Assembly (NCBI GenBank): GCA_034520945.1
Contig: JAXHNB010000006.1
Span: forward strand, 922,677 to 986,676
Length of the DNA stretch: 64,000 bases
Direction of reading: 5' to 3'
DNA from: Trueperaceae bacterium
GTDB lineage: Bacteria; Deinococcota; Deinococci; Deinococcales; Trueperaceae
Position numbers and translations under genes: made by a program. The notes beneath the pieces were generated by a model. That model was given only the letters and a program-made list of their open reading frames with translations. It had not been told where the DNA came from and did no database searches. Below, one piece after another: positions 1 through 10,707 of the stretch. Within the stretch, counting starts at the first letter, position 1. The number at the start of each line of letters is the position of its first letter.

Positions 1-1655
1 AACCACACGTCCACGGTGTAGGGGACGCGCGTGAACCTCTTGCCATTTTTGTCGAAGGTCACCTCGTCCACGTACGGGCGGTGCAGGTCCAGGCCGGACA
101 GGTCCCGGCCGGTCAAGGATTCGAGCTGCGCGACGGATCCGACGCAGATCCGTTCGCTGCCGTCCTCCGCCTCCCAGATCGGCAGGGGACAGCCCCAGTA
201 CCGTTCGCGGCTGATCGCCCAGTCGACGTTGCCCTCGAGCCAGTTGCCGAAGCGGCCGGTCCGGATGTGGTCCGGAACCCAGTCGACCCGGTCGTTGTTC
301 GCCAGCAGCCGGTCCTTGAGGGCGGTCGTGCGGATGTACCAACTCTTCTTGGCGACGTTCATGAGCGGTTTGCCGTCACGCCAGTTGAAGGGGTAGGCGT
401 GGCGGATCACGTCCCGCCGGTACATCAGGCCGCGCGCGATCAGGTCGTCCGCAATGGCGCCGTCGGCCTCCTTGAACCAGCGCCCGGCGTAGGGGCCCGG
501 CGTCCCGTCGGAATGGTCGAGGGGGGCGACCTCCGGGAGCACCTCGCCGGTGAGGGAGACGCTGAACAGGGTGGGCAGGCCGTGGGTGCGGCCCTGCTCC
601 AGGTCGCCGTAGGCGGGTGCCAGGTGCAGCACGCCTGTGCCGTCCTCCAAACTCACCGAGGGATCCAGCACCACGCGGTGGCCGCGCGCCGCGTCGTCCG
701 TCGCCTCGGCGCGGCCACGCAGGATCGGCCGGTAGGGAAGCCCCTCCAGCGCGCGTCCCGCGAAGGTGGTGAGCGTGTCGTGCGGATCGTCCCCGAACAC
801 GTCCGCCACCCGGTCTTGGGCCAGGATGAACGCCGTGTCCATCTCCGACCCGCCGCGGCGCGCGGGCGCGTGGACCAGCGCATAGGTGGCGTCGGCAGCG
901 ACCGCCAGGCCCGTGTTGGCCGGCAGCGTCCAGGGGGTGGTGGTCCAGGCCAGCAGTCGCACGGGCGTCGTTAGCCCGCTCGGCAGCAGGTCGCGGGCCC
1001 GCAGCTCTTCCTCGTCAGCGGGAAAGGCGGGGTAGACCGAGGGGTCCTCGACGTCCTCCTCGTAGCCCAACGAGACCTCGTGCGAGGCGAGGGTGGTGTT
1101 GCTGCTGGGGCTGTGCCAGGTGGTCTTGTAGTCCTCCTGCAGCAGGCCGCGCTGGTAGAGGTTCTCGAAGATCCACCAGCAGGACTCGATGTAGTCGTTG
1201 TCGTAGGTGACGTACGCGTTTTCGAGGTCCAGCCAGAACGCGATCCGCTCCGTCATGGCGGTCCAGTCCTGGATGTTCTCGAACACGTACTCGCGGCACA
1301 GCCGGTTGAACGCCTCGATGCCGTATTCCTCGATCTGCTGCTTGCTGGTGAACCCCAGGCGCTGCTCGATGGCGATCTCGACCGGGAGGCCGTGCGTGTC
1401 CCAGCCGCCCTTGCGCTCCACGTGGTAGCCCTGCATGGTGCGGAAGCGCGGAAACAGATCCTTGAACGCGCGGCTGATGACGTGGTGCACGCCGGGTTTG
1501 CCGTTGGCGGTCGGGGGGCCCTCGTAGAACACCCAAGGCCCCTTCGGTGCTGGTTTGCGCAGCGATGCGCCGAACACGTCGCGTTCGCGCCAGCGTTCGA
1601 TCACCTCGCGCTCCAACGCGGGAAAGTCGGGATCGTTCGGTACCTCGTCGAACAT
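1..1655 (-). CDS. ileS: Isoleucine--tRNA ligase (IleRS2 type), runs off the left edge
   Basis: Manual translation from ATG 1655: MFDEVPNDPDFPALERE...FYEGPPTANGKPGVHH (HIGH-like)...GWDTHGLPVE...DLHRPYVD...VDVWF. Same frame at both ends; upstream T-box with Ile specifier. Confidence 0.96.
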   Translation of the reverse strand, partial: MFDEVPNDPDFPALEREVIERWRERDVFGASLRKPAPKGPWVFYEGPPTANGKPGVHHVISRAFKDLFPRFRTMQGYHVERKGGWDTHGLPVEIAIEQRLGFTSKQQIEEYGIEAFNRLCREYVFENIQDWTAMTERIAFWLDLENAYVTYDNDYIESCWWIFENLYQRGLLQEDYKTTWHSPSSNTTLASHEVSLGYEEDVEDPSVYPAFPADEEELRARDLLPSGLTTPVRLLAWTTTPWTLPANTGLAVAADATYALVHAPARRGGSEMDTAFILAQDRVADVFGDDPHDTLTTFAGRALEGLPYRPILRGRAEATDDAARGHRVVLDPSVSLEDGTGVLHLAPAYGDLEQGRTHGLPTLFSVSLTGEVLPEVAPLDHSDGTPGPYAGRWFKEADGAIADDLIARGLMYRRDVIRHAYPFNWRDGKPLMNVAKKSWYIRTTALKDRLLANNDRVDWVPDHIRTGRFGNWLEGNVDWAISRERYWGCPLPIWEAEDGSERICVGSVAQLESLTGRDLSGLDLHRPYVDEVTFDKNGKRFTRVPYTVDVW

Positions 1656-1689
1656 CTCTTCGCCTCGCCTCCTCCGGCCCGGGCCCACG

Positions 1690-1970
1690 CAGAACGGGGC
1701 GTCCGGACGCGCGTGCGTCGGGACGCCCCGTGGAGCGTGGTACCACCCGAACGTCGCCTCGGCCCCTACGACCGCAGCCTCTCGGTCGCCCGCACCGCCG
1801 CGGGAGCGGCGCGAGGACCCGGCGCGATGACGTGCGCCACGCGGCTCCGTCTACTGACCGGCCTCCGCCGGCGTTCGGGGAGCGGCTCGGGGAGGATATC
1901 CGCCGGTGGCCACCGCCGGGCTCGCACCGTTCCCGGCTCGCTGGGCGTGGTTCGCTTCCGTCGAACGTGT
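1690..1970 (-). promoter_or_regulatory. T-box riboswitch with AUC (Ile) specifier
   Basis: Minus strand shows stem I apex AGCGAGCCGGGAACGGTGCGAGCCCGG, specifier GGATATC, AGTAG box, T-box TTCGGGTGGTACCACG, then a GC-rich hairpin (1694-1731) before ileS. Confidence 0.9.
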
Positions 1971-2017
1971 TCCCGTCGTCGCCTGAACTCGGGCCGCGCT
2001 CCGGTGAACCGAAAAGG

Positions 2018-2079
2018 TTGCATCGTGCCCCGCGACCCGCGTATACTCGACGCTAGCAGCCGGTCCGTAAGCGCGTCAA
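2018..2079. promoter_or_regulatory. Overlapping oppositely oriented sigma70-like promoters for rho (+) and the ileS leader (-)
   Basis: + strand TTGCAT(2018)-18-TATACT(2042); - strand TTGACG(2079)-18-TAGCGT(2055). Confidence 0.5.
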
Positions 2080-2244
2080 TACGCCGGTGCGCCCCGACCA
2101 CAACCTGATCGCGCCGCGCGCATGCACGTACCCCGTGTCGCGTTCAGGCCTAGCGGCGCACCGGTCCGCCGGTCCGCACGCGTGACCTGATACCCCAGAC
2201 CAAGACGCTTCGCGAATATCCGTCGTGTCTGGAACGGAGCCGAG

Positions 2245-4029
2245 ATGAGCCCACGTACCAAGAAGCAGGACGCCGACGAGCAGCCCGAGGCCTCGGACGC
2301 GGACGCGCCCAAGAAGCGGCGCGGACGCCCGCGCAAGAACGCGGACGAAACCGTAGACACCAGCGACGGTTCCGCCACGAGCAGCGAGGGCAGCGAGGGG
2401 GGCGAGGCCGCATCCGCGCCGAAGAAGCGTGGGCGCCCCCGCAAGAAGAAGGCGGACGAAAGCAGCGAAGCGGCGGACGCCGCCTCCATCGGCGAGGCCA
2501 CGGCGTCCGGCGAAGCCGACGCTTCGGCCGGCGAGGACACGGCACCGCGCAAGGAGGCCCGCCGCGGCCGCAAGAAGAAGCGCGACGCGGAGGAGGCGGA
2601 CACGGGCGGAGAGGACGACGGCGAGTCCGGCCGTTCGTCCGACGACGCGGACCGGAGGGACGAGGGGGATGACGCGGCCGCGTCGGCCTCCGAACGTGAC
2701 GAGGACGAGGGCAGCGAGGGCGAGGACGAGCCTCAGGGTGGCAGTCGCCGTCGCTCGCGCCGTTCGCGCGGGAACCTGCGTGTCAACTACCGGGACCTGC
2801 AGGCCAAGATTCTGCCCGAGCTGCACCTGCTGGCCAAAGAGGTAGGGCTCGACGACTACCGTGCCATGGAGAAGGACGACCTGGCCGTCGCCATCCTGGC
2901 GCGACTGTCGGAGTCCGAGGGGCTGAAGCTGGTCAACGGCTACCTGGAGATCTCCAGCGACGGCTACGGGTTCCTGCAGGACTCCCTGTTGCAGAACGAC
3001 ACCCGCAAGGTGATCGTGTCGGCCGGCCTCATCAAGCAGTTCCGCCTGCGGACCGGCGACTTCATCATGGGCAAGTCCCGGGCCCCCCGCAAGAACGAGC
3101 GGTACGGCACCCTGATCCGCGTGGAGGCGGTGAACGGCGTCGACCCGTTCCAAGCGTCCAAGCGGCCCCGCTTCGACGACCTGGTGCCGACCTTCCCCGA
3201 GGAGCGCATCAAGCTCGAGACCACCCCGAATGAGTTGTCGGCCCGCGTGATCGACCTGCTGGCGCCGATCGGCCGGGGTCAGCGCGGGCTCATCGTGGCG
3301 CCCCCCAAGGGCGGCAAGACCACCCTGCTCAAGACCATCGCGCACTCGGTCGTCACCAACGAAACCGACGTGAAGGTGATCGTGCTGCTGGTCGACGAAC
3401 GGCCGGAGGAGGTCACCGACTTCCGCGAGTCCGTCGACGGCGTCGAAGTGGTCGCCTCCACCTTCGACGAGCCGCCCACCAACCACATCCGCGTCGCCGA
3501 ATTCGTGCACGAACGCTCGCGCCGCATCGTCGAAGAGGGCGGCAACGTGGTGATCCTGCTCGACTCGATCACCCGCCTGGCGCGCGCCAACAACCTGGTG
3601 ACGCCCCCGACGGGTCGCACCCTGTCGGGCGGCCTGGACAGCAGCGCGCTGCACTGGCCCAAGCGCTTCCTCGGCGCCGCCCGCAACATCCGCGGTGGGG
3701 GCAGCCTCTCCATCCTGGCGACCGCGTTGGTCGAGACCGGCTCCCGCATGGACGACGTGATCTTCGAGGAGTTCAAGGGCACCGGCAACATGGAGCTGCA
3801 CCTCAGCCGCCGCCTCGAGGAGCGCCGCATCTTCCCGGCCATCGACATCCTCAAGTCGGGCACGCGGCGGGAGGACCTGCTGCTGGACGAGTCCAGCCTG
3901 GCCAAGATGTGGCTCTTGCGGAAGGTGATCAGCGACATGGACGCCTCCGAGGCGATGGAGATGCTGCTGTCGCGCCTGTCGCGCACCAAGACCAACGAAG
4001 AGTTCCTCTCCACCCTGGGCCAGGGCTGA
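2245..4029 (+). CDS. rho: Transcription termination factor Rho with long N-terminal low-complexity extension
   Basis: GYGFL RNA-binding motif, APIGRGQRGLIVAPPKGGKTT Walker A, LLVDERPEEVTD, DSITRLARA, FEEFKGTGNMEL. Confidence 0.98.
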   Translation: MSPRTKKQDADEQPEASDADAPKKRRGRPRKNADETVDTSDGSATSSEGSEGGEAASAPKKRGRPRKKKADESSEAADAASIGEATASGEADASAGEDTAPRKEARRGRKKKRDAEEADTGGEDDGESGRSSDDADRRDEGDDAAASASERDEDEGSEGEDEPQGGSRRRSRRSRGNLRVNYRDLQAKILPELHLLAKEVGLDDYRAMEKDDLAVAILARLSESEGLKLVNGYLEISSDGYGFLQDSLLQNDTRKVIVSAGLIKQFRLRTGDFIMGKSRAPRKNERYGTLIRVEAVNGVDPFQASKRPRFDDLVPTFPEERIKLETTPNELSARVIDLLAPIGRGQRGLIVAPPKGGKTTLLKTIAHSVVTNETDVKVIVLLVDERPEEVTDFRESVDGVEVVASTFDEPPTNHIRVAEFVHERSRRIVEEGGNVVILLDSITRLARANNLVTPPTGRTLSGGLDSSALHWPKRFLGAARNIRGGGSLSILATALVETGSRMDDVIFEEFKGTGNMELHLSRRLEERRIFPAIDILKSGTRREDLLLDESSLAKMWLLRKVISDMDASEAMEMLLSRLSRTKTNEEFLSTLGQG

Positions 4030-4090
4030 GCGAAGGCCGGTGGCGCATGGCGGCCCGCCGGCACCGGCCCCTTCGCCCGCGCGGTGTGGC

Positions 4091-5173
4091 ATGCGCGCCT
4101 GGACGGGTCGGGTGCTGCGCCGGATCGTGCTGGCCGGAAGCCTCGCCGGCTGCCTGATCGTCTCCGTGGCCGCCGCTCAGGGCGAGCACGTGGTGCGCCC
4201 GGGCGACACCCTGTACGACCTGGCGGTGCGCTACGACACCGACGTGGCGACGCTGCGGGAACTGAACGACCTCAGCGGCGACCTGCTGCGGGTCGGTTCG
4301 GTCCTGCGTCTGCCGGGCCCGGACGGTTGGCGTCAGGCGCGTGCCCCAGGCGACGCCACCTGGGCCACCATGGCGGACGCGACCGGCCGCGCGGAGCAGG
4401 TGTTACGGGCCGCCAACCCCGAGCGTGACGATCCGGCGGGGCGCACCGTGCGCATCCCGCCCGCCGACGGCGCCGTCACCTGGGTGCGGGACGGCGAGGA
4501 CCTCGTGCTGGTGGCCGGGCGTACGGGGGTCTCGCCGGGCACCCTGGCCGAACGGAACGGGCTGGAGCCGCCCTACCGGCTGAAGGTGGGACAGCCGTTG
4601 GTGGTGCCCCTCGGTGCGGCCGGCGTCGCCCCCGCGAACGGGATGGGCGGTGCCGAGGGCGAGCCCCAGGACCAGGGGGACGCCTCGACGGCGGCGACGC
4701 ACGCCGAGCTGCGACAGGCCGCCTTGGCGGCGCTGCCCGAAGTGCTGGGGCGGCAACAGCTCGACCCGCCCGAGGAGGGCTTCGCGTGGCCTTTGGCGGG
4801 TTCACCGCGCATCACCAGCCGCTTCGGTTGGCGGAACCTCTCCGTCCTCGGCAACCGCTACCATCAGGGCCTGGACCTGGCGGCCGCGCCCGGCACGCCG
4901 GTGCTGGCCGCCCGCGCGGGCGAGGTGGTGCGCGCCGGCTGGGCGGGGGCCTACGGGTACGCCGTCTACGTGCGGCACACGGACGGGTTCGAGACGCGCT
5001 ACGCGCACCTGCAGCGCCTCGGCGTTCGCGTGGGACAGAGGGTGGCCCGCGGCGCCGAGCTCGGGCGCGTCGGCTCCACCGGCGCCTCGACCGGCCCGCA
5101 CCTGCACTTCGAGACGCGCCTGGGCGCGTCGGCGGTGGATCCGCTGGAGGTGCTGCCGCCCGCTGGGCGTTGA
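4091..5173 (+). CDS. LysM-domain M23 family peptidase (secreted)
   Basis: Signal peptide, LysM repeats (HVVRPGDTLYDLA), M23 motifs HQGLD, TRYAHL, STGPHLHFE. Confidence 0.92.
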   Translation: MRAWTGRVLRRIVLAGSLAGCLIVSVAAAQGEHVVRPGDTLYDLAVRYDTDVATLRELNDLSGDLLRVGSVLRLPGPDGWRQARAPGDATWATMADATGRAEQVLRAANPERDDPAGRTVRIPPADGAVTWVRDGEDLVLVAGRTGVSPGTLAERNGLEPPYRLKVGQPLVVPLGAAGVAPANGMGGAEGEPQDQGDASTAATHAELRQAALAALPEVLGRQQLDPPEEGFAWPLAGSPRITSRFGWRNLSVLGNRYHQGLDLAAAPGTPVLAARAGEVVRAGWAGAYGYAVYVRHTDGFETRYAHLQRLGVRVGQRVARGAELGRVGSTGASTGPHLHFETRLGASAVDPLEVLPPAGR

Positions 5174-5190
5174 GCACGTTCACGGCGGCG

Positions 5191-5219
5191 TTGACCGCCT
5201 CACCGGGCCGGGATATCGT
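5191..5219 (+). promoter_or_regulatory. Sigma70-like promoter for the Rrf2-desulfurase pair
   Basis: TTGACC-17 bp-TATCGT; GGAGG RBS before ATG 5248. Confidence 0.65.
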
Positions 5220-5247
5220 GCAGGTGAAACGGACGGAGGCGACGCCC

Positions 5248-5697
5248 ATGTGGGTCTCGACCAAAGCACAGTACGGGATGCGGGCGCTCGTCGAGGTGGC
5301 GCTCAGCGGCGAGCGTCCCACCAGCCTGAAGACGGTGGCGGAGCGGCAGGACCTGTCGCACCAGTACCTCGAGCAGATCTTCGCGGTGCTGCGCCGTGCC
5401 GGGCTGGTCGACAGCGTCCGCGGGGCCCATGGCGGGTACCGCCTGGCGCGCGCCCCCGCCGACGTGACGGCGCTGGAAATCGTCGAGCTCCTCGAAGGTT
5501 CCGTCGCGCCCGTCACCTGTATCGACGACGAGGACACCTGCAGCCGCGTCGGCGCCTGCAGCACCGAGTCGTTGTGGCGCCAGGTGGACCACGCCGTGCG
5601 CGAGGTCCTGCGCGCCAAGACGCTGGCCGACCTGGTGCAGGAGCGCCAACTGTTGAACCTCGAACCGCTGCCGGATCGCTTCTCGCTGTCCACGTGA
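5248..5697 (+). CDS. Rrf2 family regulator (IscR/CymR-like)
   Basis: MWVSTKAQYGMRAL...YLEQIF...SVRGAHGGYRLAR; three C-terminal Cys (CIDDEDTCSRVGAC). Confidence 0.93.
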   Translation: MWVSTKAQYGMRALVEVALSGERPTSLKTVAERQDLSHQYLEQIFAVLRRAGLVDSVRGAHGGYRLARAPADVTALEIVELLEGSVAPVTCIDDEDTCSRVGACSTESLWRQVDHAVREVLRAKTLADLVQERQLLNLEPLPDRFSLST

Positions 5698-6860
5698 CGC
5701 ACGGGCGGATCTACCTGGATCACGCCGCCACCACCCCCCTCGCGGAGGCGGCGTTGGCGGCGATGCAGTCATGGTGGGGGGTGGCCGCCAGCGCCAGCTC
5801 CGTCCACCGTAGCGGCCAGCGCGCCCGCGCCGCGGTGGAAACGGCGCGCGAACGCGTCGCGGGGGCCGTGGGTGCGCACCCGTCGAAGATCGTGTTCACC
5901 TCCGGTGCCACGGAGGCGGACGGCTTGGCCGTGCGGGGCGCGCTGGATGCTGCGGACCCACAGGCCGCGCTGGCCTACGGCGCGACCGAACACGCCGCCG
6001 TGCTGCGACCCGCCGAACGGGAGGGCCTCGGCGGGCGCCCGGTACGGAGCGTGCCGCCGGCGGCCAACGGTGCCATGTCGGTGGACGCCCTGCGTGCCGT
6101 GTTGGCGTCGCTGGAGGGTCCGGTCGGGCTGGTCGCCGCCATGCACACCAACAACGAGACCGGAGGGCTGGCCGACGTGCCGGCGCTGGCCGAAGCGGCG
6201 CACCGGGCCGGGGCGGTGTTCCTGTGCGACGCGGCCCAGGCCTTCGGGGTCACGCCGCTGGACGTGCACGCGCTGGGGGCGGACCTGGTGACGATCTCGT
6301 CGCACAAGATCGGCGGTCCGCAAGGCGTCGGGGCGTTGTGGATCCGTGCGGGGACGACGGTGGTGCCGCAGCAGCTGGGCGGCGAACAGGAGCGAGGCAT
6401 GCGGGCCGGCACGCATCCCGTGGCGGCTTTGGTCGGCTTCGGCGCGGCGGCCGAGGCGGCCGGACGCGAGGCGGAGGCCCGCGGCCGGACGTGCGCCGCA
6501 CGGCGCGACCTGCTGGCGTCCCTGCTTCACGCCACGCCGGGGATCGAACCCAACGGGACGGGCCCCCGCGGCCCCAAGCACCTGAACCTGCACGTGGCGG
6601 GCGTGGACGGGGAGACGTTGCTGATGGCGCTGGACGACGCCGGGGTCGAGGTCAGCGCCGGCTCCGCCTGCGCCGCGGGCAGCGTCGAGCCCAGCCACGT
6701 GCTGTTGGCCATGGGTCTCCCGGCGGCGAAGGCGCGCGCCAGCCTGCGCTTCAGTGTGGCGCCGGACACGACCGAGGCGGAGGTGCACGAGGCCGCCGCC
6801 CGCGTCGCTGAGGTGGTCGGGCGGCTGCGGGCGCTCGGTGCGCCCGCAGCGGTGTCCTGA
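5694..6860 (+). CDS. iscS: Cysteine desulfurase (IscS/NifS family)
   Basis: IYLDHAATTP, FTSGATEAD, NNETG, SSHKIGGPQG (PLP Lys), SAGSAC (catalytic Cys); GTGA overlap with the Rrf2 stop. Confidence 0.9.
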   Translation: MTHGRIYLDHAATTPLAEAALAAMQSWWGVAASASSVHRSGQRARAAVETARERVAGAVGAHPSKIVFTSGATEADGLAVRGALDAADPQAALAYGATEHAAVLRPAEREGLGGRPVRSVPPAANGAMSVDALRAVLASLEGPVGLVAAMHTNNETGGLADVPALAEAAHRAGAVFLCDAAQAFGVTPLDVHALGADLVTISSHKIGGPQGVGALWIRAGTTVVPQQLGGEQERGMRAGTHPVAALVGFGAAAEAAGREAEARGRTCAARRDLLASLLHATPGIEPNGTGPRGPKHLNLHVAGVDGETLLMALDDAGVEVSAGSACAAGSVEPSHVLLAMGLPAAKARASLRFSVAPDTTEAEVHEAAARVAEVVGRLRALGAPAAVS

Positions 6861-6912
6861 ACGGCGGCGGTCCCGCGCGAGCACGGCTCGTGGAGGTCCG
6901 CCCGGGCTCGGC

Positions 6913-8142
6913 TCAGGCCGTCTTGCGTCGCTCCACGCGCTTCAGCAGCCCCGAGGGGTCCAGCACGTCGTCGCGCTCGACCCGTACGGCCGTCACGTCG
7001 GAGCCGGGCACTTCGAACATCGCCTCGTTCAGCGTCCGCTCGAGAATCGAGCGCAAGGCCCGCGCGCCGGTGCCGCGGGCTTGGGCCTGGCGCGCGACCT
7101 CGAACAGCGCCTCGCGCGAGAACTCCAGCGACACCCCGCCGAGCGAGAACAACTGCTGATACTCGCGCACCAGCGCGCCGCGCGGCTGCGTCAGCACGTT
7201 CACCAACGCGTTCACGCTGAGTTCGTGCAGTCGCACGGTCACCGGCAGGCGCCCGATCAGTTCCGGGATCAGCCCGTACTTCATCAGGTCCTCCGGCATC
7301 ACGTCGGCGTGCGCGACGGCCTCCTCGTCGCCGGTCTGGAACCCGACGCGGCTGACGTCGACGCGGTTGCGGACGATGTCGTCCAGACCCTCGAACGCCC
7401 CGCCGCACAGGAACAGGATGCCGTGCGTGCGGACCGGGATCAGCTCCTGGTGCGGGTGCTTGCGGCCGCCCTGCGGCGGCACGTGCGCGGTGGTGCCCTC
7501 GATCAACTTCAGGAGCGCCTGCTGGACGCCCTCGCCGGACACGTCCCGCGTGATGGAGGTGCCTTCCGACTTGCGGGCGATCTTGTCGACCTCGTCGAGG
7601 TACAAGATCCCGCGCTCGGCGCGGGCGACGTCGTGGTCCGCCACCTGCAACAGGCGCAGCACGATGTTCTCGACGTCGTCGCCGACGTAGCCGGCTTCGG
7701 TCAAGGTGGTGGCGTCGGCGATCGCGAACGGCACGTCCAGGGATCGCGCCAGCGTCTGCGCCAACAGGGTCTTGCCGGTGCCGGTGGGCCCCACCATCAT
7801 CACGTTGGCCTTCTGCAGCTCGGCACTGGGATGCTGCAGCCGCTTGTAGTGGTTGTACACCGCGACCGACAGCGTCCGCTTGGCGTCCTCCTGCTCGATC
7901 ACCCACTGCTCGAGGTCGGCCTTGATCTCGCGCGGGGTCGGGACCCGCAGCGCGGGCTGGGGGGGTTCGGGTTCCGCCGGTTCCGCCGGTTCCGCCTCGC
8001 GGCCGGGGGCATCGGCGTGACTCAGCACCTCGTCGATCCGGGCGACGCAGTCGTCGCAGATGTGCGTCGCGCCGTCCTCGGCGGCGATCAGGCGACGCAC
8101 CTCGCCGTGGCCGCGGCCGCAGAAGCCGCACGTCGGCGCCAC
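6913..8142 (-). CDS. clpX: ATP-dependent Clp protease ATP-binding subunit
   Basis: N-terminal C4 zinc finger (CGFC...CDDC), [42 protein letters not shown] loop. Confidence 0.97.
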   Translation of the reverse strand: MAPTCGFCGRGHGEVRRLIAAEDGATHICDDCVARIDEVLSHADAPGREAEPAEPAEPEPPQPALRVPTPREIKADLEQWVIEQEDAKRTLSVAVYNHYKRLQHPSAELQKANVMMVGPTGTGKTLLAQTLARSLDVPFAIADATTLTEAGYVGDDVENIVLRLLQVADHDVARAERGILYLDEVDKIARKSEGTSITRDVSGEGVQQALLKLIEGTTAHVPPQGGRKHPHQELIPVRTHGILFLCGGAFEGLDDIVRNRVDVSRVGFQTGDEEAVAHADVMPEDLMKYGLIPELIGRLPVTVRLHELSVNALVNVLTQPRGALVREYQQLFSLGGVSLEFSREALFEVARQAQARGTGARALRSILERTLNEAMFEVPGSDVTAVRVERDDVLDPSGLLKRVERRKTA

Positions 8143-8143
8143 G

Positions 8144-8755
8144 TCAGCCTCCGGTGCGGGCCGGCGCCTGCTCGCGCGGCTCGATCACGCGGTCGATCAG
8201 ACCGTAGCGCTGGGCCGCCTCGGGGGACATGAAGTTGTCGCGCTCCATGTCGCGGCGCAGCTGCTCGCGCGGGTGGTGGGTGTGACGCTCGTAGATCTCC
8301 TCCATGATGCCGCGAATCTCGGCGTACTCGCGGGCCTGCACCTCCAGGTCCGGCAGGCTGCTGCGCGGGAATCCCGCCGACCCGGCGTGAATCATGATCC
8401 GGCTGTGGGGGAGGGCCACCCGGTGGCCGGCCTCGCCTGCCGCCAGGATCACCGAACCCATCGACATCGCCACCCCCACGCAGTTGGTGTGCACGGGCGC
8501 CCGGACGTACTGCATCACGTCGTAGATCGCCAGTCCCGCGTACACCTCGCCGCCGGGACAGTTCAGGAACAGGTTGATGGGCTGTTCCGACGACTGCGAT
8601 TCCAGCAACAACAACTGGGCGACCACCACGTTGGCGATCTCCGAGTCGATCGGGGATCCGAGGAAGATGATCCGCTCCTTGAGGAGGCGGCTGTATACGT
8701 CGTAGGTCCGTTCCCCGCGACCGGTCTGTTCGATGACGTACGGAACCAGCGGCAT
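8144..8755 (-). CDS. clpP: Clp protease proteolytic subunit
   Basis: [46 protein letters not shown]. Confidence 0.97.
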   Translation of the reverse strand: MPLVPYVIEQTGRGERTYDVYSRLLKERIIFLGSPIDSEIANVVVAQLLLLESQSSEQPINLFLNCPGGEVYAGLAIYDVMQYVRAPVHTNCVGVAMSMGSVILAAGEAGHRVALPHSRIMIHAGSAGFPRSSLPDLEVQAREYAEIRGIMEEIYERHTHHPREQLRRDMERDNFMSPEAAQRYGLIDRVIEPREQAPARTGG

Positions 8756-8840
8756 GGCGGCATGCTACCAGAGCGCCGCGGCGGCCCGACGTGCGCTGCA
8801 GGCGGCAGGGAAGGCGCACACGGCGCCCCGGCGCGGGGCG

Positions 8841-10190
8841 TCACTCGGCCGGATTCGCCTCGGCGTCGTCGGGTGGCGTGTCGCTGCCGGGCGTCGTGCC
8901 CGCTTCGTCGGAAGCGCTGGGGGACGACGTCTCGGCCCGCTCGGCCACCGCCGCGCGGAGGGCCTTGTCGCGCCGCAGCAGGAACCGGTAGTTGCGCAAC
9001 CAGGTGTCGCCGCGCTCGCGCCGGAAGGTCTCGGCGTCCTTGCCGGCCCTCGCCGCCATCTGGCGGACCGCTTCGTCGAACTCGGCGTCGGAGACCTCGG
9101 CCGGGCGTTCCTCCAGCAGCTTCTCCAGCACCAGGTCTCGGCGCACGCCCTTTTCGGCGCTACTCTTCAGCTCGGCGTCGAATTCTTCGCGCTTGTCGTC
9201 GGCTTCGAGGCGCTGCAGGTAGGCGTCCAACTCCATGCCCTTCTGGCGCAGATCATCGGCGAGCTCCTCCAACAACTGACCCTGGCGGCGCCGCACCAAA
9301 TGATCGGGAAGCGGCGGGTCGGCCTGTTCCATCAGCTTGTCGACGAACTCTTCGCGCCGCTGCTCGTCGGCGCGTTCCTGGGTTTCGCGCTCCAGGCTGC
9401 CGCGGATGGCGTCCAGGACCTCGGACCAGGACTCGAGTCCGAGCGTCGCCGCGAAGGCGTCGTCCGCGTCCGGCTTGTCCTTCTCCTTGACGTCCTCGAT
9501 CCGGACCCGCATGGTGGAGGTGCCCTCGGCGCCCTCCTGGTCGCGCTGGGAGGGATCCTCGACCGTCAGGGTGAGCGTTTCGCCGATGCCGTGCCCCACG
9601 AGCTGTTCCGCCAACTCGTCGCCGACCCGTTCCAGGTCGAGCGGCATCACGTTGCCCTCTTCGCGCGGTTCGTCGTTCTCGTCCAACGTGGTGATCAGGA
9701 CCTGATCGCCCGGCTCCGCCTTGCGGTCGACCGGCACCAGGGTGGCGTGCTCACGCCTCAGGTTCTCGACCGTCTCGTCGATCTGCGCGTCCGTGACCGG
9801 CTCCGCCTCGGTGTCCAGCACGATCTCCGACAGGTCCGGAAGCGAGAACTCCGGGTACAGGTCGAGGTGCAGCTCGAACTCGTACGCCTCGCCACGGATG
9901 GGTTCCTCGCCGTGCACGTGGGCGTGCACGGGCGCCAGGTCGTGCTCGCGGACCGCCTCGGGGTACACCTCGTCGATCAGCACCTCGCGGACCTCCTGGC
10001 GCAACGCGTCCTCACCGATCTTGCGGATCAGCACGCCGCGCGGCACCTTTCCGGGCCGAAAGCCGGGCACCTTGACCTGGCGCGCGTAGCGGTCCAGCAC
10101 CTGGTCGAAGGTGGCGTCCACCTGCGAGGCGTCGATCGTGACGCCGAGGGTGGCCTTGACGGGTTGCTTGTCCTTGAGGACGGTCTCCAT
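8841..10190 (-). CDS. tig: Trigger factor
   Basis: VPGFRPGKVP ribosome-binding signature; tig-clpP-clpX order. The longer listed ORF overlaps tRNAs, so start placed at ATG 10190. Confidence 0.95.
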   Translation of the reverse strand: METVLKDKQPVKATLGVTIDASQVDATFDQVLDRYARQVKVPGFRPGKVPRGVLIRKIGEDALRQEVREVLIDEVYPEAVREHDLAPVHAHVHGEEPIRGEAYEFELHLDLYPEFSLPDLSEIVLDTEAEPVTDAQIDETVENLRREHATLVPVDRKAEPGDQVLITTLDENDEPREEGNVMPLDLERVGDELAEQLVGHGIGETLTLTVEDPSQRDQEGAEGTSTMRVRIEDVKEKDKPDADDAFAATLGLESWSEVLDAIRGSLERETQERADEQRREEFVDKLMEQADPPLPDHLVRRRQGQLLEELADDLRQKGMELDAYLQRLEADDKREEFDAELKSSAEKGVRRDLVLEKLLEERPAEVSDAEFDEAVRQMAARAGKDAETFRRERGDTWLRNYRFLLRRDKALRAAVAERAETSSPSASDEAGTTPGSDTPPDDAEANPAE

Positions 10191-10260
10191 GGCGGTCTCC
10201 ATTCCGGGCGTGGGGGCACCGGCGTGCCAAAACGATCGGCAAGCTCGCGCTTGCCGATGG

Positions 10261-10345
10261 TGGTGCGAGGAGCGGGACTTGAACCCGCACGGACAAAGCC
10301 ACCAGATCCTAAGTCTGGCGCGTCTACCAATTCCGCCATCCTCGC
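10261..10345 (-). tRNA. tRNA-Leu(TAG)
   Basis: Cloverleaf with long variable arm, anticodon loop CTTAGGA, encoded CCA. Confidence 0.97.
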
Positions 10346-10442
10346 GCGCGGTCCACGCTGGCGCGCGGCCGAACGGCCCGCGGAAGCTCTTGGCGACGGC
10401 CCGCGAAGAGGCACCTCGGCGCCCGTCCGGTACGAAAATAGG

Positions 10443-10519
10443 TGGGGTGGATGATGGGATTTGAACCCATGGCCCCCGGAACCACAATCCGGTGCTCTAA
10501 CCCCTGAGCTACACCCACC
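10443..10519 (-). tRNA. tRNA-His(GTG)
   Basis: Cloverleaf, anticodon loop TTGTGGT, G-1, encoded CCA. Confidence 0.97.
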
Positions 10520-10534
10520 GCGCACGCGCCAGAA

Positions 10535-10562
10535 AGTGTACCAGACGCGCGGCCTCTGGCAA
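10535..10562 (-). promoter_or_regulatory. Promoter upstream of tRNA-His
   Basis: TTGCCA-16 bp-TACACT with TG extension on the minus strand. Confidence 0.6.
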
Positions 10563-10621
10563 GGTCCCGGGCGACCTGGCCGCCTCGCTGGTGGAGGGCG
10601 GGGTCCCGCCAGGTGAACCCG

Positions 10622-10697
10622 TGGTGCACCAGGAAGGATTCGAACCCTCGACCTACCGCTTAGAAGGCGGCTGCTCTATCCCCTGAGCTACTGGTGC
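10622..10697 (-). tRNA. tRNA-Arg(TCT)
   Basis: Cloverleaf, anticodon loop CTTCTAA, encoded CCA. Confidence 0.97.
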
Positions 10698-10707
10698 AGA
10701 AGAGGAG

